Of a DNA stretch of 64,000 nucleotides, positions 1 through 13,198 are shown piece after piece. The translations under genes and the position numbers were made by a program. The DNA comes from Chara braunii (taxonomy: Eukaryota; Plantae; Charophyceae). The DNA lies in NCBI GenBank assembly GCA_003427395.1, contig BFEA01000003.1, positions 5,015,886-5,079,885 on the forward strand, given 5' to 3'. The notes beneath the pieces were generated by a model. That model searched no databases, was not told where the DNA came from, and saw only the letters and a program-made list of their open reading frames with translations. Numbering within the stretch: position 1 is the first letter of the stretch; each line of letters begins with the position of its first letter.

Positions 1-130
1 ACCAGTTAGTTCACATGAGCCTAAGTTTGACGAAGCTGCCTTCCAAGGCTTGCGAGCCTGCAACTGCGCCTTTTTCTTTTTTACGAAAGGATTTGAACAT
101 GTGATCTGTTTATCAAAAGCTACATGTAAG

Positions 131-1032
131 TGCAAGGCACAAGGCCTCGATAAGCCCTACCGGGCCCCCATTTGCAGCAGTGTCGGCCGCCCTAAGTGAA
201 GGCAGGCCCGACAGACCCTAAGAGGCCTATATAGGACTACTTCGCAACTGGGGAAAATTCAGGCAGTCACGCAGCGCCAGTTGGTTGGGAGCACCCAGGC
301 CCTGGCCTCCTTTATCAAATGCATCTGAGTCAGGCCCTGGGCGAGATTCGCAGCATAGGCCCAACTCAGGCTGTGGGCAGTTGGGCACNNNNNNNNNNNN
401 NNNNNNNNNNNNNNNNNNNNNNNNNNNNNNNNNNNNNNNNNNNNNNNNNNNNNNNNNNNNNNNNNNNNNNNNNNNNNNNNNNNNNNNNNNNNNNNNNNNN
501 NNNNNNNNNNNNNNNNNNNNNNNNNNNNNNNNNNNNNNNNNNNNNNNNNNNNNNNNNNNNNNNNNNNNNNNNNNNNNNGCCTGCCAGGCTCACGTGCTCA
601 CGGGCGAGCTGGAAGGAGCAGGGAGCCATAGCCGAGCTGCGCTGCTGTATGCTGGATGGGGCGCATGGTGGTCTTTGGGTGCAAGTGGCATCTGTGAGTA
701 GGGAACAAGGTTGTGACACCTGGTGCTTGAGGCGACGGCATTCTGTTTGTACTTCGGTGAAGCTGTTGAGATCATCCGGCGGCATTGTAGAGTACGCTAG
801 ATAGGATCTGCCATCTGTAGTCTGGGCGCCGAGTGCCAGATAGGATATCAACATTGGTTCTTCGTTGATGATGATGAGACTATTCCAACATTGTCAATTC
901 TGAGCTCTTGCTGTGTTCTTATTTGGTGAAACTCGTGATGCAATTCTGCTTTTGGTTCGAGGTCATGACTATCTGGTCTCATGTGTATGATGCTGTTTGA
1001 TTTCTGAAGTTCGCTATTGCTCATCTTCTGCA
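131..1032 (+). repeat. 5' LTR
   Basis: Starts tgcaaggcacaaggcctcgataagccc and ends tcatcttctgca. Matches 7937-8859. Contains an N gap. Confidence 0.92.
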
Positions 1033-1035
1033 ATT

Positions 1036-1047
1036 TGGTATCGGAGC
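1036..1047 (+). promoter_or_regulatory. Primer binding site, tRNA-iMet type
   Basis: TGGTATCGGAGC 3 nt after the 5' LTR; canonical plant PBS is TGGTATCAGAGC. Confidence 0.88.
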
Positions 1048-2516
1048 TGTGGTTCGGTGCGCTAATCTGGTGCTTGTCTTCTGCCTAATGCAGTACATGC
1101 ACGCGGTAGGTGCGGTGAGCAACCGTGCCGTGGGACATGTGTAGTGAGGAGGGCGAAGGCAAGAGTAGGCAACCCAAGTGGAGAGGGGTTCGCCAGGAAG
1201 GCTATGCGGTGTAATGTGGGTTCTGGACAGTGTGATGAGAACTATCTGATGTTCGATTGGTGCTGAGGTGGAACGGCGTGTAATGCTGGTTGTGCCGAAC
1301 CAATGACTGGTCATCACAATCGGCGTCAGGTCATCTGGTGAGATTATCGTTGTGGTTGGGGGCAGCTATTTGAGGTACGTTGCTCTTAACCTTATCTACC
1401 CTCTTCGACACTTCTTACCGTGAGGTTGTGTGTTCCGTCTTGAGAGTCCTCTCATTGTGAGGAGTCGAGTGCGCTCAACCTTGAGAGTCGGCAATGTTCA
1501 CGTGGAGCATCTGGGGGAAGATAGGCGGAGCTTTCTGAAGAGCCCTGGACGAAGCACTGGGTCACGGTCACCATGGCAACCCATCGGGAGTAGAGCACGC
1601 ATGCTTTGTTGCTTGTCCTTTGTTCGGCTCGCTGCGCTGTTAGATGGGGTTCTGAGGGGCAGGCCAGTCCTATGTGGGAGACGAGAACCGGGCGTCTACA
1701 AATAAACACCGACAGGGCAAACCATTGGCTGTGATCGTCGTCCTGTTTGTGACGTTAAATAATTTCTGAGGACACTTGGGAGTGGTCTTTAAATAGCCTC
1801 TTGATCAGCCAATTGGTGTAATCGCTCCACGCGAGGATAAACAATGTGCTAGAGCTGGCCAGCTCATCAGGACTCGGGGCACAAGGGTGGGCCGATTGCC
1901 AACCTTTAGACACGCTGCTCTCTGCATGGCTCAGGGACGCTGACGTCAAGCGACATTCAAGAGGAACTGAGGGAGGGGTAGATCTCAGGTGATAAGTTCA
2001 GGAAAAATTTCATACTGTCCCAATCCATACAAATGATTCTATTTTTATGTTTTGATTAGTTACATGTACAGCCATTAACATATGACAGACAACATATTAG
2101 AATTGTTTTCTGTTCATTGTGCATTATGTTCAAGAACTAGTCAAACTAAAAATAGTTTTGTTTGTAGGAATTTGAACTTACCTGTTGGACCCGGATGTAT
2201 AGTCTTTGACATAGCCACCGATTATTTCTTTTATTTTATTATAAATCGGTCTGAACATGTCACTGCGGTAGGCATCGCTTGAGTGTCCTAGTGCACGTAT
2301 TGTACAGTGTTGTAGCTTATGAGTGACAGGGAGGTTCCACAACCGGACGACCGGCTCTTGCGATCGGCTAGATGCCTGATTGCCCATTTGGCATTAGGAG
2401 CAGAGGGCGACAAATCTTTGTTCCGCCAGCATTAGGAGAGGCAGCAACAGCAGAGGAGAGCTAGAGCAGCAGCGGCTAGCAGGGCGTTCGTAAGCGAAGC
2501 CGCAGCTTCGGTAGCC

Positions 2517-4291
2517 ATGGCCACTTTTGTGCCGCAGAGTTCCCAGGCTAGCAGTTCAGGATTTGTAGGGTCAACGGTCGCGCAGACGCAGAGTCAGTCA
2601 ACTAGCTTAATGGCAAGCCAACCCCTAGTGATGATTCTCGAGGAGGTCGCCATACAGCGAGCTGCTGATCGCGAGGCACAGCTACAGCAGGCTTTGAGTG
2701 AGATTAAGGCAGAGAAAGAGACAATAATTAAAAGAAGAGTCGGGATGCAGCGGAGACAAGCGGACGTCAGTGAGTTAGAGGAGATGGACCCTACAGAGTT
2801 GGAGGATGATGTGAGTACCATACGGTCGGTCTTGTTAAGTGTAGTAGTAGAAATGCAAGATCACCAGATGGAGATCTTACAGGACATCCAGCAGAGTCTG
2901 GTTGTGGTAGTTGGGCGAATGCAGGCGGCACCATCACCGTACGGGCCGGGTGCCTGGCCCGTTGTACATCCTCGTCCTTTTGTCCTACCGGTGGTTGGGG
3001 TTTCCCATATACACCTCCAGCATCGGTCCAGACCGTTTCCCTGGGTATGTCGTTAACAGGAGGGTTCTCAGCAGGTCCTAGTTTGCAGGTTCCTGTACAG
3101 ACAGTGTTTTCCCAACCTCCGTCTCAAGTTGCCATGAGCGGGCAGCCTGTTGTCTCGCAGCCTGCACAACCGCAGGGTACACAACCCCAACAGTCAGTGC
3201 AGCAGCCTGCTCCTCAAGGTCCACAGCTCGGAGTGATGCAAGGACCGGAACAAAGTCAGTGGGTACCAAAGACAGTCATCGCCGCTCCTAAACCCTTCAC
3301 TGGGGATAAGAGAGGCGAAGACCTCGACACTTGGCTGAGGGCAGTGTCGGTCTACGTGAAGTGCAAACTTACCTTGCCGCACGAGGAAGTGCTTGTGGCT
3401 GCCTCCTATCTGGAGGGGAGTGCAGCACGATGGTTGAGAGGTTTAGTGCAGCTCCAGGGGTATGATCATGACTTTCACGCTTGGGCAGTCACCCAGCAAT
3501 TGGATGACTTCCTTAAGTTGGTGGAAGACAGGTGGCATGATCCGCAGGAGGCTCGAAAAGCTATTGACGCGATCCTAACACTGCATACGAGGCAATTTAA
3601 GTCACTAAGAGAGGTCACTAACGCTGTAGAGCGTCTGATCTGTGTCCCTTAGGTCCGCTATGACCCCCAGGTTTTACTCACCTCCTACCTAAGATGCTTT
3701 CCTATGCCTCTCAGGAATCAATTGGCAGGCGAGGCCAACATCGACATGCACAACTTCCCTTCGTTTAGCAAGAGGGTCCTAGACCTTGAAGCAAAGATAG
3801 GGCATGGACATAATCCCACGACGGATGATAGGAAGAAGTCACTGTCTCCCAACTGGAATGCGAAGGGCCGCATTATGTTCGTCGACAACGATGGTTCCAC
3901 CATCGAGTTGGACGACGAGTTCCAGGCGGGAGTAGGTTCAGAGACTGACAGCATAGAGGCTTCAGGGGGTGGAGTAGTCGCTGTCGTAGCACAAAAAGGT
4001 AAGGCGACCAGTAGACACCGTGGAGGTTCCCGGTTAAGAAGTCAAGTTGACCCCAATGCTCCTCCATGGGAGAAAGCGGGTCTTACTGAGGACGTGTGGA
4101 GAGATCGGTACACACGGCAGGCTTGTATCCATTGTGGCCAATATGGCCATAACCAATTCAAGTGCCGAAATAAGAAGGTGACCGAAAAGATCCCGCCTAC
4201 GATGGGACAGGCGTTGGGATCCTCCACTCCCGTTGGTAGCAATCTGGCTAGCAGTTCTGGCACCGCTCCGGGAAACACGTCAGGCCAGTAG
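2517..4291 (+). pseudogene. gag: gag (disrupted)
   Basis: ORF pieces 2517-3056, 3047-3652 and 3704-4291. Capsid-like PKPFTG..DLDTWL..AASYLEGSAARW and zinc knuckle CIHCGQYGHNQFKC (CX2CX4HX4C). Confidence 0.88.
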
Positions 4292-4320
4292 GAATAGTAG
4301 TTTTTCCTGCTAGGGTTGAG

Positions 4321-7300
4321 GTGGTGGACACACCCCCACCATCTCGAGAGATGGCCCAAGCTACTGACTCCATCGTCGTCCCGCAAACACATTCAGACCT
4401 ATCGAGCCTTTGTTCGATGAATGTGTTCGAGTCCTTAGAGGAGCTAGAGGAGTGGTCTAGATCAGACCCACTAGCTTCTTGGACGGCATTAGTCAAAGTC
4501 CCCAAGGGTGAGATGTTCGTCAGCGAAGTGGTCATTGGCGGCCGCAATGCCGGGGCCTATTATGACACTTTCTCGACTAGGAACTTCATCAGTCGCGCAT
4601 GCGTTGAGAGGCTGTGCTTACAGGGGCAAGTGCAACGCCTGAGTCGACTTGTGCTAACAAACAGCGCATGGTAGTCAACGACTACCTCCAAAATGTTGAG
4701 TGTTGTTTCCCGTACACGGGAGGGGAACTGAGATATTGTGTCTCGTTCCTAGTGAGCGATGATCTCCCCATGGACATTTTGTTAGGTATGTACAACCTCT
4801 CTGTGGCACAGCCCCGGTTTGACTTGGACCAAAAAGTGGTCAAACACACTTTGCCAGGTGGAGGGACCGCCAGATTACGTAAGTTCAAAGCCAGTAGTCT
4901 GATCGAGTCCTATGGATGCATGTGTGCGGCCACGTTCTATAATTATTATAAGCAAAAATCAGGAGGAGGGTATGTATCTAGTTTATGTCTCTGCTGCAGG
5001 CGAACCGATGCAAATGTCGTCGGAGATAGAGGGAGTAGTTGCTAAATACCCTGATCTATTTGAAGAGTCAACAGGGGTTGTTGAGAGGGAGGTCGTCCAC
5101 ACGATAGAGATTATCCCAGGGTCTAGCATCCCAAAGGGTAGGATCTATCGGATGTCTCCAGGCGAGCTTGATGAGCTTCGTCGGCAACTCAAGGAACTCG
5201 TAGAAAAGGGTTGGATCCGGCCGAGTGTTTCTACTTATGGTTCACCAGTCCTATTTGTACCAAGGAAAAAAGAAGGAACACTTAGGATGTGCATTGACTA
5301 TAGGGGCCTCAATGTCATTACTGTCAACAACAACGAGTCCCTACCGTGCTTCAACGACTTGCTAGATAGAGTGCAAGGGTGTCGGTACTTCAGTAAGATA
5401 GATCTGAAATCCGGGTACCATCAAATTGCAATCCAGCCTGAGGATCAATAGAAAACCGCATTTCAAACCAGGTACGGTCTGTACGAGTTTGTGATGATGC
5501 CTTTTGGCCTTTGCAATGCTCCTGACACCTTTCAGCACGCTATGAATCGGATATTTCATGACTACTTGGATAAGTTTGTCATCGTGTACCTTGATGACAT
5601 ACTTATTTTTAGTAAGACTGTCGAGGAGCACGTTGCGCACTTGGACAAAGTCCTTAGTCTTGTGCGACAACACAAGTTCAAGATCAACGGTGAGAAGTGC
5701 GAGTTTGGCCGCACCAGTGTCTTGTACTTGGTTCATGAGATATCTGCGGAGGGATTGAAGCCCGATGACGCGAAGGCGGCCAGCATGCCTGATTGGCCGC
5801 GTCCTCAGTCTGTAATTGAGATGAGGTCTTTCTTAGGCATGACCGGTTACTACCGTAAGTTTGTGAAGAACTGCAGCATAATGGCCGCTCCTTTGACTCG
5901 TCTAACTTGCCTTGACACCCCATGGGAGTGGACAGAGGTGTGAGGCTGCTTTCAGACGATTGAAGCATGCGTTGACACACCACGAGGTCTTGAAACTTCC
6001 TGATGTTGACAAACCTTTCGTAGTAACTACGGATGCTAGCCAATATGGCATAGGCGCCGTACTTGCGCAGCAGGAGGGGAAGAAGTTGAGGCCGGTCGTG
6101 TACATGTCCAAAAAGATGCTCTCTCAGAAGTTGGCTAGCTCTATGCGATCTACAAGGCGCTCACCCACTGGAGGCACTACCTCCTTGGGAGGTTATGCTA
6201 TGTCAGGACTGATCACCATACCCTGAAGTGGATGAGAACCCAACCTGTGCTCTCCAATGCTCTGAAGCGTTGGATTGAAGTCATAGAGCAATATGACTTT
6301 GAGCCTCAGTGCATCAAGGGCGAGTACAACAAGGTTGCTGATGCACTATCGCGTAGGCCTGACTTCTCCGGTGCGCTGATCACTTTGGGCTTGCAGACGA
6401 TGTTATTTACTCTATGGTGGAAGCCTATTGCAAGGATCAATTTGTGTTTGAGATCATTCGCAGACTCGAGGCGAAGGACAAGATTACTTCTGCCGAGTTT
6501 GAGTTGGTCAACGGCCTGCTGTTCCTTGAGAAGGGAATAAACATCTGTGTGTGCCAAATAGAGAGTCTTTGCATAGTTTACTTTTAGGCGAGTGTCACGA
6601 TGCCACAAGACATTTTGGCTTCAAGAAGACTGCAGCCAATCTGCTGCAGCGGTTCACGATGATGAGAGATGCCAAGCTGTACGTGAAAACTCGTCAGGTC
6701 TGTCAGAGAGACAAGCCCGTATACAGTCCCCTCTTGGGCTCCTCAAGCCCCTTCCGATTTCGGAAAGGCCCGGTGAGAGCCTGTCTATGGACTTCATGGA
6801 CACGCTGGTCACCAGCAAGAGTGGAATGAGACACATTTTTGTTATAGCGGATAGGTTTAGTAAGTACGCTAGGTTAGTTGCAGTGTCGGAGACAGCAAAG
6901 ACCGAGTATGTGATTAGACTCTTCAAAGAGAACTGGGTCAGAGACTTTGGGCTCCCAAAGTCCATTGTCAGTGACAGGGATGTCCGATTTACAAGTGAGT
7001 TGTGGAAGGCTGCAGCTGCAGAACAGGGGACACAGCTGCAGATGACTTCTGGGAACCATCCCAAGGCCAATGGCCAAGCAGAGCAACTCAATTGCGCTGT
7101 TCAACACCTGTTGCGGCATTACATCAAGCCCAATGAGGTGGACTGGGATGAGAAACTTGCTCTCATCGCCAGCCTGTATAACAATGTTGTGCACAGTGCA
7201 ACTGGAGTAAGTCCTAATAGTCTGCTACTGACTTTCAAGCCCAGACTGCCCTTAGACTTTCTGCTACCTGACAATCAATCGACTGCTGCACCCGGCATTT

Positions 7301-7890
7301 GCCTATCGCTATGAACAACTGATGCAGCAGACAGTAGAACAGATGCACAAGGCACCGGCGGCAATGATAGAAATTGAGAACAAGCACCGCCGTCCTTCTA
7401 CATTTCAGGTAGGGGACAGGGTCTGGGTAAAATCCTCAGAACTGGGACAGGAGCACGGGATCTCCTGTAAGCTCATGCCACAGTACTTTGGACCATGGGA
7501 GGTTCTAGATGTTGTTGGGGAAGAACCGGACGGGCCATCCTATGTCATTCGGATCCCTGGTCATCTCCGCACTTACCCTGTCTTTCACACCTCCAAGCTG
7601 GCACCATTCAAGGAAACTGACCAGTTTCCCTCTCGTCGTTCTGTGCTGCCCCCAACCATGGATGGAGAGGTCAACATCGACGACATTGTTGACCACAGGG
7701 AGATGCCAGTTTCAAGACCAACAGGCAGAGGACGTCCTCCGAAACCGAAGCTGCAGTAACGAGTTCGGTTCAGACGTCACACTGATCCGAAAGAGGACAG
7801 ATGGTTCACAAGGGAGGAATTGACGCAGACCCCTCCACAGGTATTCGCTCACTATGAGAAGACTCAATGGAAAGGAAAGCGCCAGATTAT
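4321..7890 (+). pseudogene. pol: pol: protease, RT, RNase H, integrase, chromodomain (disrupted)
   Basis: PR: YYDTFSTRNFIS. RT: LRMCIDYRGLN, KIDLKSGYHQI, MPFGLCNAP, YLDD. RH: TTDASQYGIGAVL. IN: SMDF, SDRDVRF, HPKANGQAE, GPY/F-like YFGPWEV. Chromo-like: IDDIVDHR...RVRFRRH..EDRWFTREEL. Confidence 0.93.
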
Positions 7891-7925
7891 CGAAGACTGA
7901 ACTTCTCAGAGGACTAGCGAAGTAT

Positions 7926-7936
7926 GGAGGAGGGAA
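7926..7936 (+). promoter_or_regulatory. Polypurine tract
   Basis: GGAGGAGGGAA immediately before the 3' LTR. Confidence 0.85.
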
Positions 7937-8859
7937 TGCGAGGCACAAGGCCTCGATAAGCCCTACCGGGCCCCTATTTGCAACAATGTCAGCCGCCCTA
8001 ACTGAAGGCAGGCCCGACAGACCCTAAGAGGCCTATATTGGACTACTTCGCAACTGGGGAAAATTCAGGCAGCTACGCAGCACCAGTTGGTTGGAAGCGC
8101 CCAGGCCCTGGCCTCCTTTATCAAATGCATCTGAGTCAGGCCCTGGGCGAGATTCGCAGCATAGGCCCAACTCAGGCTGTGGGCAGTTGGGCACNNNNNN
8201 NNNNNNNNNNNNNNNNNNNNNNNNNNNNNNNNNNNNNNNNNNNNNNNNNNNNNNNNNNNNNNNNNNNNNNNNNNNNNNNNNNNNNNNNNNNNNNNNNNNN
8301 NNNNNNNNNNNNNNNNNNNNNNNNNNNNNNNNNNNNNNNNNNNNNNNNNNNNNNNNNNNNNNNNNNNNNNNNNNNNNNNGCCTGCCAGGCTCACGTGCTC
8401 ACGGGCGAGCTGGAAGGAGCAGGGAGCCATAGCCGAGCTGCGCTGCTGTATGCTGGATGGGGCGCATGGTGGTCCTTGGGTGCAAGTGGCATCTGTGAGT
8501 AGGAAACAAGGTTGTGAGTGATACGAGAGACATACCTGGTGCTTGAGGCGACGGCATTGTACGAGATCTGCTCGTACTTCAGTGAAGCTGTTGACGTCAT
8601 CCGGCGGCATTGTAGAGTAGGCTAGATAGGATCTGCCATCTGTAGTCTGGGCGCCGAGTGCCAGATAGGATATCAACATCGGTTCTTCGTTGATGATGAT
8701 GAGACTATTCCAGCATTGTCAATTATGAGCTCTTGGTATGTTCTTATTTGGTGAAACTCATGATGGAATTCTGCTTTTGGTTCGAGGTCATGACTATCTG
8801 GTCTCATGTGTATGATGCTGTTTGATTTCTGAAGTTCTCTATCGCTCATCTTCCTTGCA
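7937..8859 (+). repeat. 3' LTR
   Basis: tgcgaggcacaaggcctcg...catcttccttgca; homologous to the 5' LTR with substitutions and indels. Confidence 0.92.
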
Positions 8860-9204
8860 TGTGTACCATTCAGCCACCTATCAGATCTAACTGTGCCTTT
8901 TCAAATTGCCCTGCCACTTTCTTTCTTTTTTTCCCCACCCACCCAGGCCCCAATCGAAATAGGCCCTTACGGCGTATACCAGTAAGGGAGCACTATTTTC
9001 TTTTCTTTTCCCTCAAAGGAGCATTACTCTGGTTCGGTGTGAACGGGTGGAGGTAGGTAGATAGTGAAAGGTCAAATTGAGAGAGGAATACAGCTTACTT
9101 TTCAAAAGGGAAAAAAAAAAAAAAAAAACTGGTGGTCTTAAGTGTGAACAAGCAACCGACACTACCGATAGAAAAAAACTGATAGCTATGAGGCCAATAG
9201 AAAC

Positions 9205-9245
<41 letters not shown>
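9205..9245. repeat. (AAT)n microsatellite
   Basis: Direct reading. Confidence 0.95.
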
Positions 9246-9248
<3 letters not shown>

Positions 9249-11307
9249 TTATAAAACAAGTTAAGAGGGCAATATACACATAATAGAGCTTAGTACTGTG
9301 AGCCATCGACCCGACAAAGTGCGAGAGAAAACGATGAGTTAACAGTGTGAAAAATGATGGGGAGTTAAAAGAGTGTGAAAGGGAAGGGGAGGAGGAGTGT
9401 AAGGAGGAATGTGGAGAGCCCAGGGGATGCGATGAGGACCGACTAGGAGGCTCGTTCGACACTCCTTGGGGACGTGAAATCCACAAGGACGCACTCGGTC
9501 CACCTGTCCTTGTGAACGAAATTTAAAAAGAAATGTGAAAACGCCTCAAGGAAAATTCTTTGTGGCATCCTTGTGGCCCCAGCCATTTCTTCCTTGTGCC
9601 CAAGGGACAAGGAATCCGGAGGAGAGGGCACACGGGTAGATAGACGTTACAGCTGAGAATCTGGATCGTGGCGGCACCCTATTGGCTGAAGGCCTGAAGC
9701 ACAACTGTTTTTTTTTTTTNTTTTTTNTTTTTTTTTTTCTGACATCATTTTGGGGGGGAGGGGGAGATGTGATCACGACCCCCACTAATCAACAACCCCC
9801 TTCAAATGAAGAAGAAACAGAGACTGTGCAAGCACAGATAGAGAAGAGGCTAACTGATGGTCCCATCAATCAATAGATGTAACGAGCCTAATCGATGGTC
9901 CAATCAATCAATAGATCATAATGAGGGTGACGAGGATGGTGCAATTAACGGGTTCATTGTATAGGGAGATGAGTGCTCAAGGAAGAAAGAGCGGGAAGGA
10001 AGAATGAGGAAATAACAGGGATAGACGACGAGAGAGGTCAATCAATGAGATGACAAACACTATATACNNNNNNNNNNNNNNNNNNNNNNNNNNNNNNNNN
10101 NNNNNNNNNNNNNNNNNNNNNNNNNNNNNNNNNNNNNNNNNNNNNNNNNNNNNNNNNNNNNNNNNNNNNNNNNNNNNNNNNNNNNNNNNNNNNNNNNNNN
10201 NNNNNNNNNNNNNNNNNNNNNNNNNNNNNNNNNNNNNNNNNNNNNNNNNNNNNNNNNNNNNNNNNNNNNNNNNNNNNNNNNNNNNNNNNNNNNNNNNNNN
10301 NNNNNNNNNNNNNNNNNNNNNNNNNNNNNNNNNNNNNNNNNNNNNNNNNNNNNNNNNNNNNNNNNNNNNNNNNNNNNNNNNNNNNNNNNNNNNNNNNNNN
10401 NNNNNNNNNNNNNNNNNNNNNNNNNNNNNNNNNNNNNNNNNNNNNNNNNNNNNNNNNNNNNNNNNNNNNNNNNNNNNNNNNNNNNNNNNNNNNNNNNNNN
10501 NNNNNNNNNNNNNNNNNNNNNNNNNNNNNGGGATCAGGATGAGATGAGTAAATCAGGGGGACGGAGGGGTCTAGGAGGTGGAGAGGACGCGGGCGCATCG
10601 CCTGTTCATCACCTCTTACGTACAAGGCCAGCCACGTGGATGACAGGTTGAGGGCTGGCTGCTCCCCCATCCCCGTGTGTCACACGGACCCACTTGCACG
10701 CAGCCAAAAGGCACAGAGGGAAAGAAAAGGAGGAGGCAACCAAACCTCACAGAGGCAAGAGAAAGAGAGAAAAGGGATCCAATCAAAGATCAAAGAAAGG
10801 ACAAGGGAAGAGGAAGAGGAAGGGCTAGTATCCCTTTCTCTCTTTCTCTTCCCTTGTCAAACAAAGCAAAAAATGAGACATCCCACAGATAAACCAATTG
10901 CCACAGTCACAACAAAGTTCAACACTTTTAATTTTTTTTATCTTTTTTTCTTTTTTCTTTTCTTCAGCAATTTTTTTTTTTTTTCCTTTTAGTTTTAACA
11001 TTTTTTTTCTTTCTTCTTTCTTCAACTCCGTATCTGTTGGTAGTGTCGAAAACTTTATCTGTCCTACAACAATTAGTGTTGCTCCTGACCTGCTTGATTC
11101 TATTGACCAGTCAGAAAGAAGAGCCCCCACCCCACCCCGGCAGATAGGACAGGCACGCTGAGGAGGATGAGGTGGATGCTCACAAGGATACCCAAGGAGA
11201 GATGCGCCAGAACAGCATTCAGCAGGACGGCTAGCACGGACCATCCCATCCCATCCCATCAAAACAGTCCTCACAAAGGACATGCTGTCCACATGTCATA
11301 TACAACA

Positions 11308-11504
11308 CAGTTCTGTGTGACGATATATGTATACATATATATAGCCTATATAGCCTCCTGATGAGTCGGTGAAAACTCCGACGAAACAGTTTGTGACAGC
11401 CCCTCGTTTGTTGTCCTCTTCTCCCTCTTCTCCCTCTCTGCCTACGGTTTTCCGTCGGCAGCTCTGATTGACGATAGATATATATATCGTCACAAACAGA
11501 ACTG
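11308..11504. mobile_element. ~200-bp inverted-repeat element (MITE-like or Penelope-like remnant)
   Basis: cagttctgtgtgacgatatat ... atatatcgtcacaaacagaactg imperfect inverted ends; no TSD seen. Confidence 0.5.
11358..11387 (+). ncRNA. Hammerhead ribozyme catalytic core (stems I/III not convincingly closed)
   Basis: CTGATGA-GTCGG-tgaaaact-CCGAC-GAAAC: conserved core with a perfect 5-bp stem II. Confidence 0.5.
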
Positions 11505-11873
11505 CCCGGTAAACCTATATATATATATATATATATTGTCACATTGGAAATATATATACATATGTATATATTATATACACGACATACATACAAATATATA
11601 TAGGAGGAAAGCTCCAAGAAGAGGATAACGACATTGGAAATGGAATACAATGAACGAAACGACAAAATTTTCGGACACCTCAAGAAGCCCTCCACATAAA
11701 CCCTAAACGGCAACTCAAACCGGAGAAGAAAGCAAAAAAAAAAAAAAAAAAAAGAAGGAAATAAAAGAATCCTCTTCATCTCATCTCTCTTCGCCTCACC
11801 GTTGCGAATAACATTATCCACCCGCACACTCAAATTCCGTCACCATCCCTCCTCCTCCCTCCTCCCTCCGTCC

Positions 11874-11875
<2 letters not shown>

Positions 11876-11957
<82 letters not shown>
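11876..11957. repeat. (TC)n microsatellite
   Basis: Direct reading. Confidence 0.95.
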
Positions 11958-11960
<3 letters not shown>

Positions 11961-13198
11961 CACGTACTCGTGAATCCGCTCCAACCACGCCTTTCTTCCC
12001 TCGCTCGATCAGCCAAACCACCACCCACCCATCAAAACGTTTTCTCGAACGCGTTCACATGCTGACAAAGCTCTTACGAGAGGGAAGAACGCCTCTCTTC
12101 CCTCTCTCTCTCCATGCCCCCTCTCAGCGGCAGCTAAGGAGTAGTGAATCTTCATCCAGAAGAGTGCGGCAGAGTTGAACGTCACCATGAATTCCTTTCA
12201 GACCTTATCAACCTCCTCCATTATTAGCCCTTATTAGCCCCCCAAGGCACTCCTCGTCGAGTTCCTTGCAGCCCCCCATGGCACGAGTCTGGCAATCCTC
12301 GTCTCCACTGCTTCCTCGCCTCGCCGCCTCCTCGCCGCCGCCGATTACCCGGTTCCCCCGATTAGAGCGCCCGGTCATTATCGCTGTATCTAGACTGAAA
12401 ATTGCCCCAAACACAGCTATATAATGACCATGAGTTCTATTCGAGGGAAGACGGTAGGATGCAGGAGTCGTCGTCGAGTGCTTCGCTCGCGTGTGCCTTC
12501 CTCTAAAATTCACCCTATTAAGTACTATTCCCATGCTTCTCTCATCCTTTCAGCAGAAAAATCCACAGACGTCAATCTCAAGACCATGTCTACACACTCC
12601 TTACCTCCTCTTCCACCTCCTCCACCACATCATCCTTCTCCGGATAATCATTCTCCCACACTACAGTAGNNNNNNNNNNNNNNNNNNNNNNNNNNNNNNN
12701 NNNNNNNNNNNNNNNNNNNNNNNNNNNNNNNNNNNNNNNNNNNNNNNNNNNNNNNNNNNNNNNNNNNNNNNNNNNNNNNNNNNNNNNNNNNNNNNNNNNN
12801 NNNNNNNNNNNNNNNNNNNNNNNNNNNNNNNNNNNNNNNNNNNNNNNNNNNNNNNNNNNNNNNNNNNNNNNNNNNNNNNNNNNNNNNNNNNNNNNNNNNN
12901 NNNNNNNNNNNNNNNNNNNNNNNNNNNNNNNNNNNNNNNNNNNNNNNNNNNNNNNNNNNNNNNNNNNNNNNNNNNNNNNNNNNNNNNNNNNNNNNNNNNN
13001 NNNNNNNNNNNNNNNNNNNNNNNNNNNNNNNNNNNNNNNNNNNNNNNNNNNNNNNNNNNNNNNNNNNNNNNNCGCACTATACTCTCCACCCTCCTCCTCC
13101 CTCTTCCTCCCTCTTCCTCCCTCCTCCCTCGTCCTCCCTCCTCCTGCTCCCTCCTTCCTCCCCCCTTCTCCTCCTCACCTTCGTGACGGAGATCACGG

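Larger units (their letters stand above)
131..8859 (+). mobile_element. Ty3/Gypsy LTR retrotransposon (chromovirus), full length but decayed
   Basis: Two ~0.9-kb direct LTRs with TG...CA ends (outer termini TGCAAGG...CCTTGCA). PBS and PPT present. Domain order gag-PR-RT-RH-IN-chromodomain. Many stops and frameshifts. Confidence 0.95.

Noticed and set aside
1845-1870. Second CTGATGA-stem motif on the minus strand (also at 14198)
   Set aside because: No GAAA after the stem, so it is not a hammerhead.
9421-9640. ccttg/caagg-rich segment as a MITE
   Set aside because: No definable TIR or TSD.
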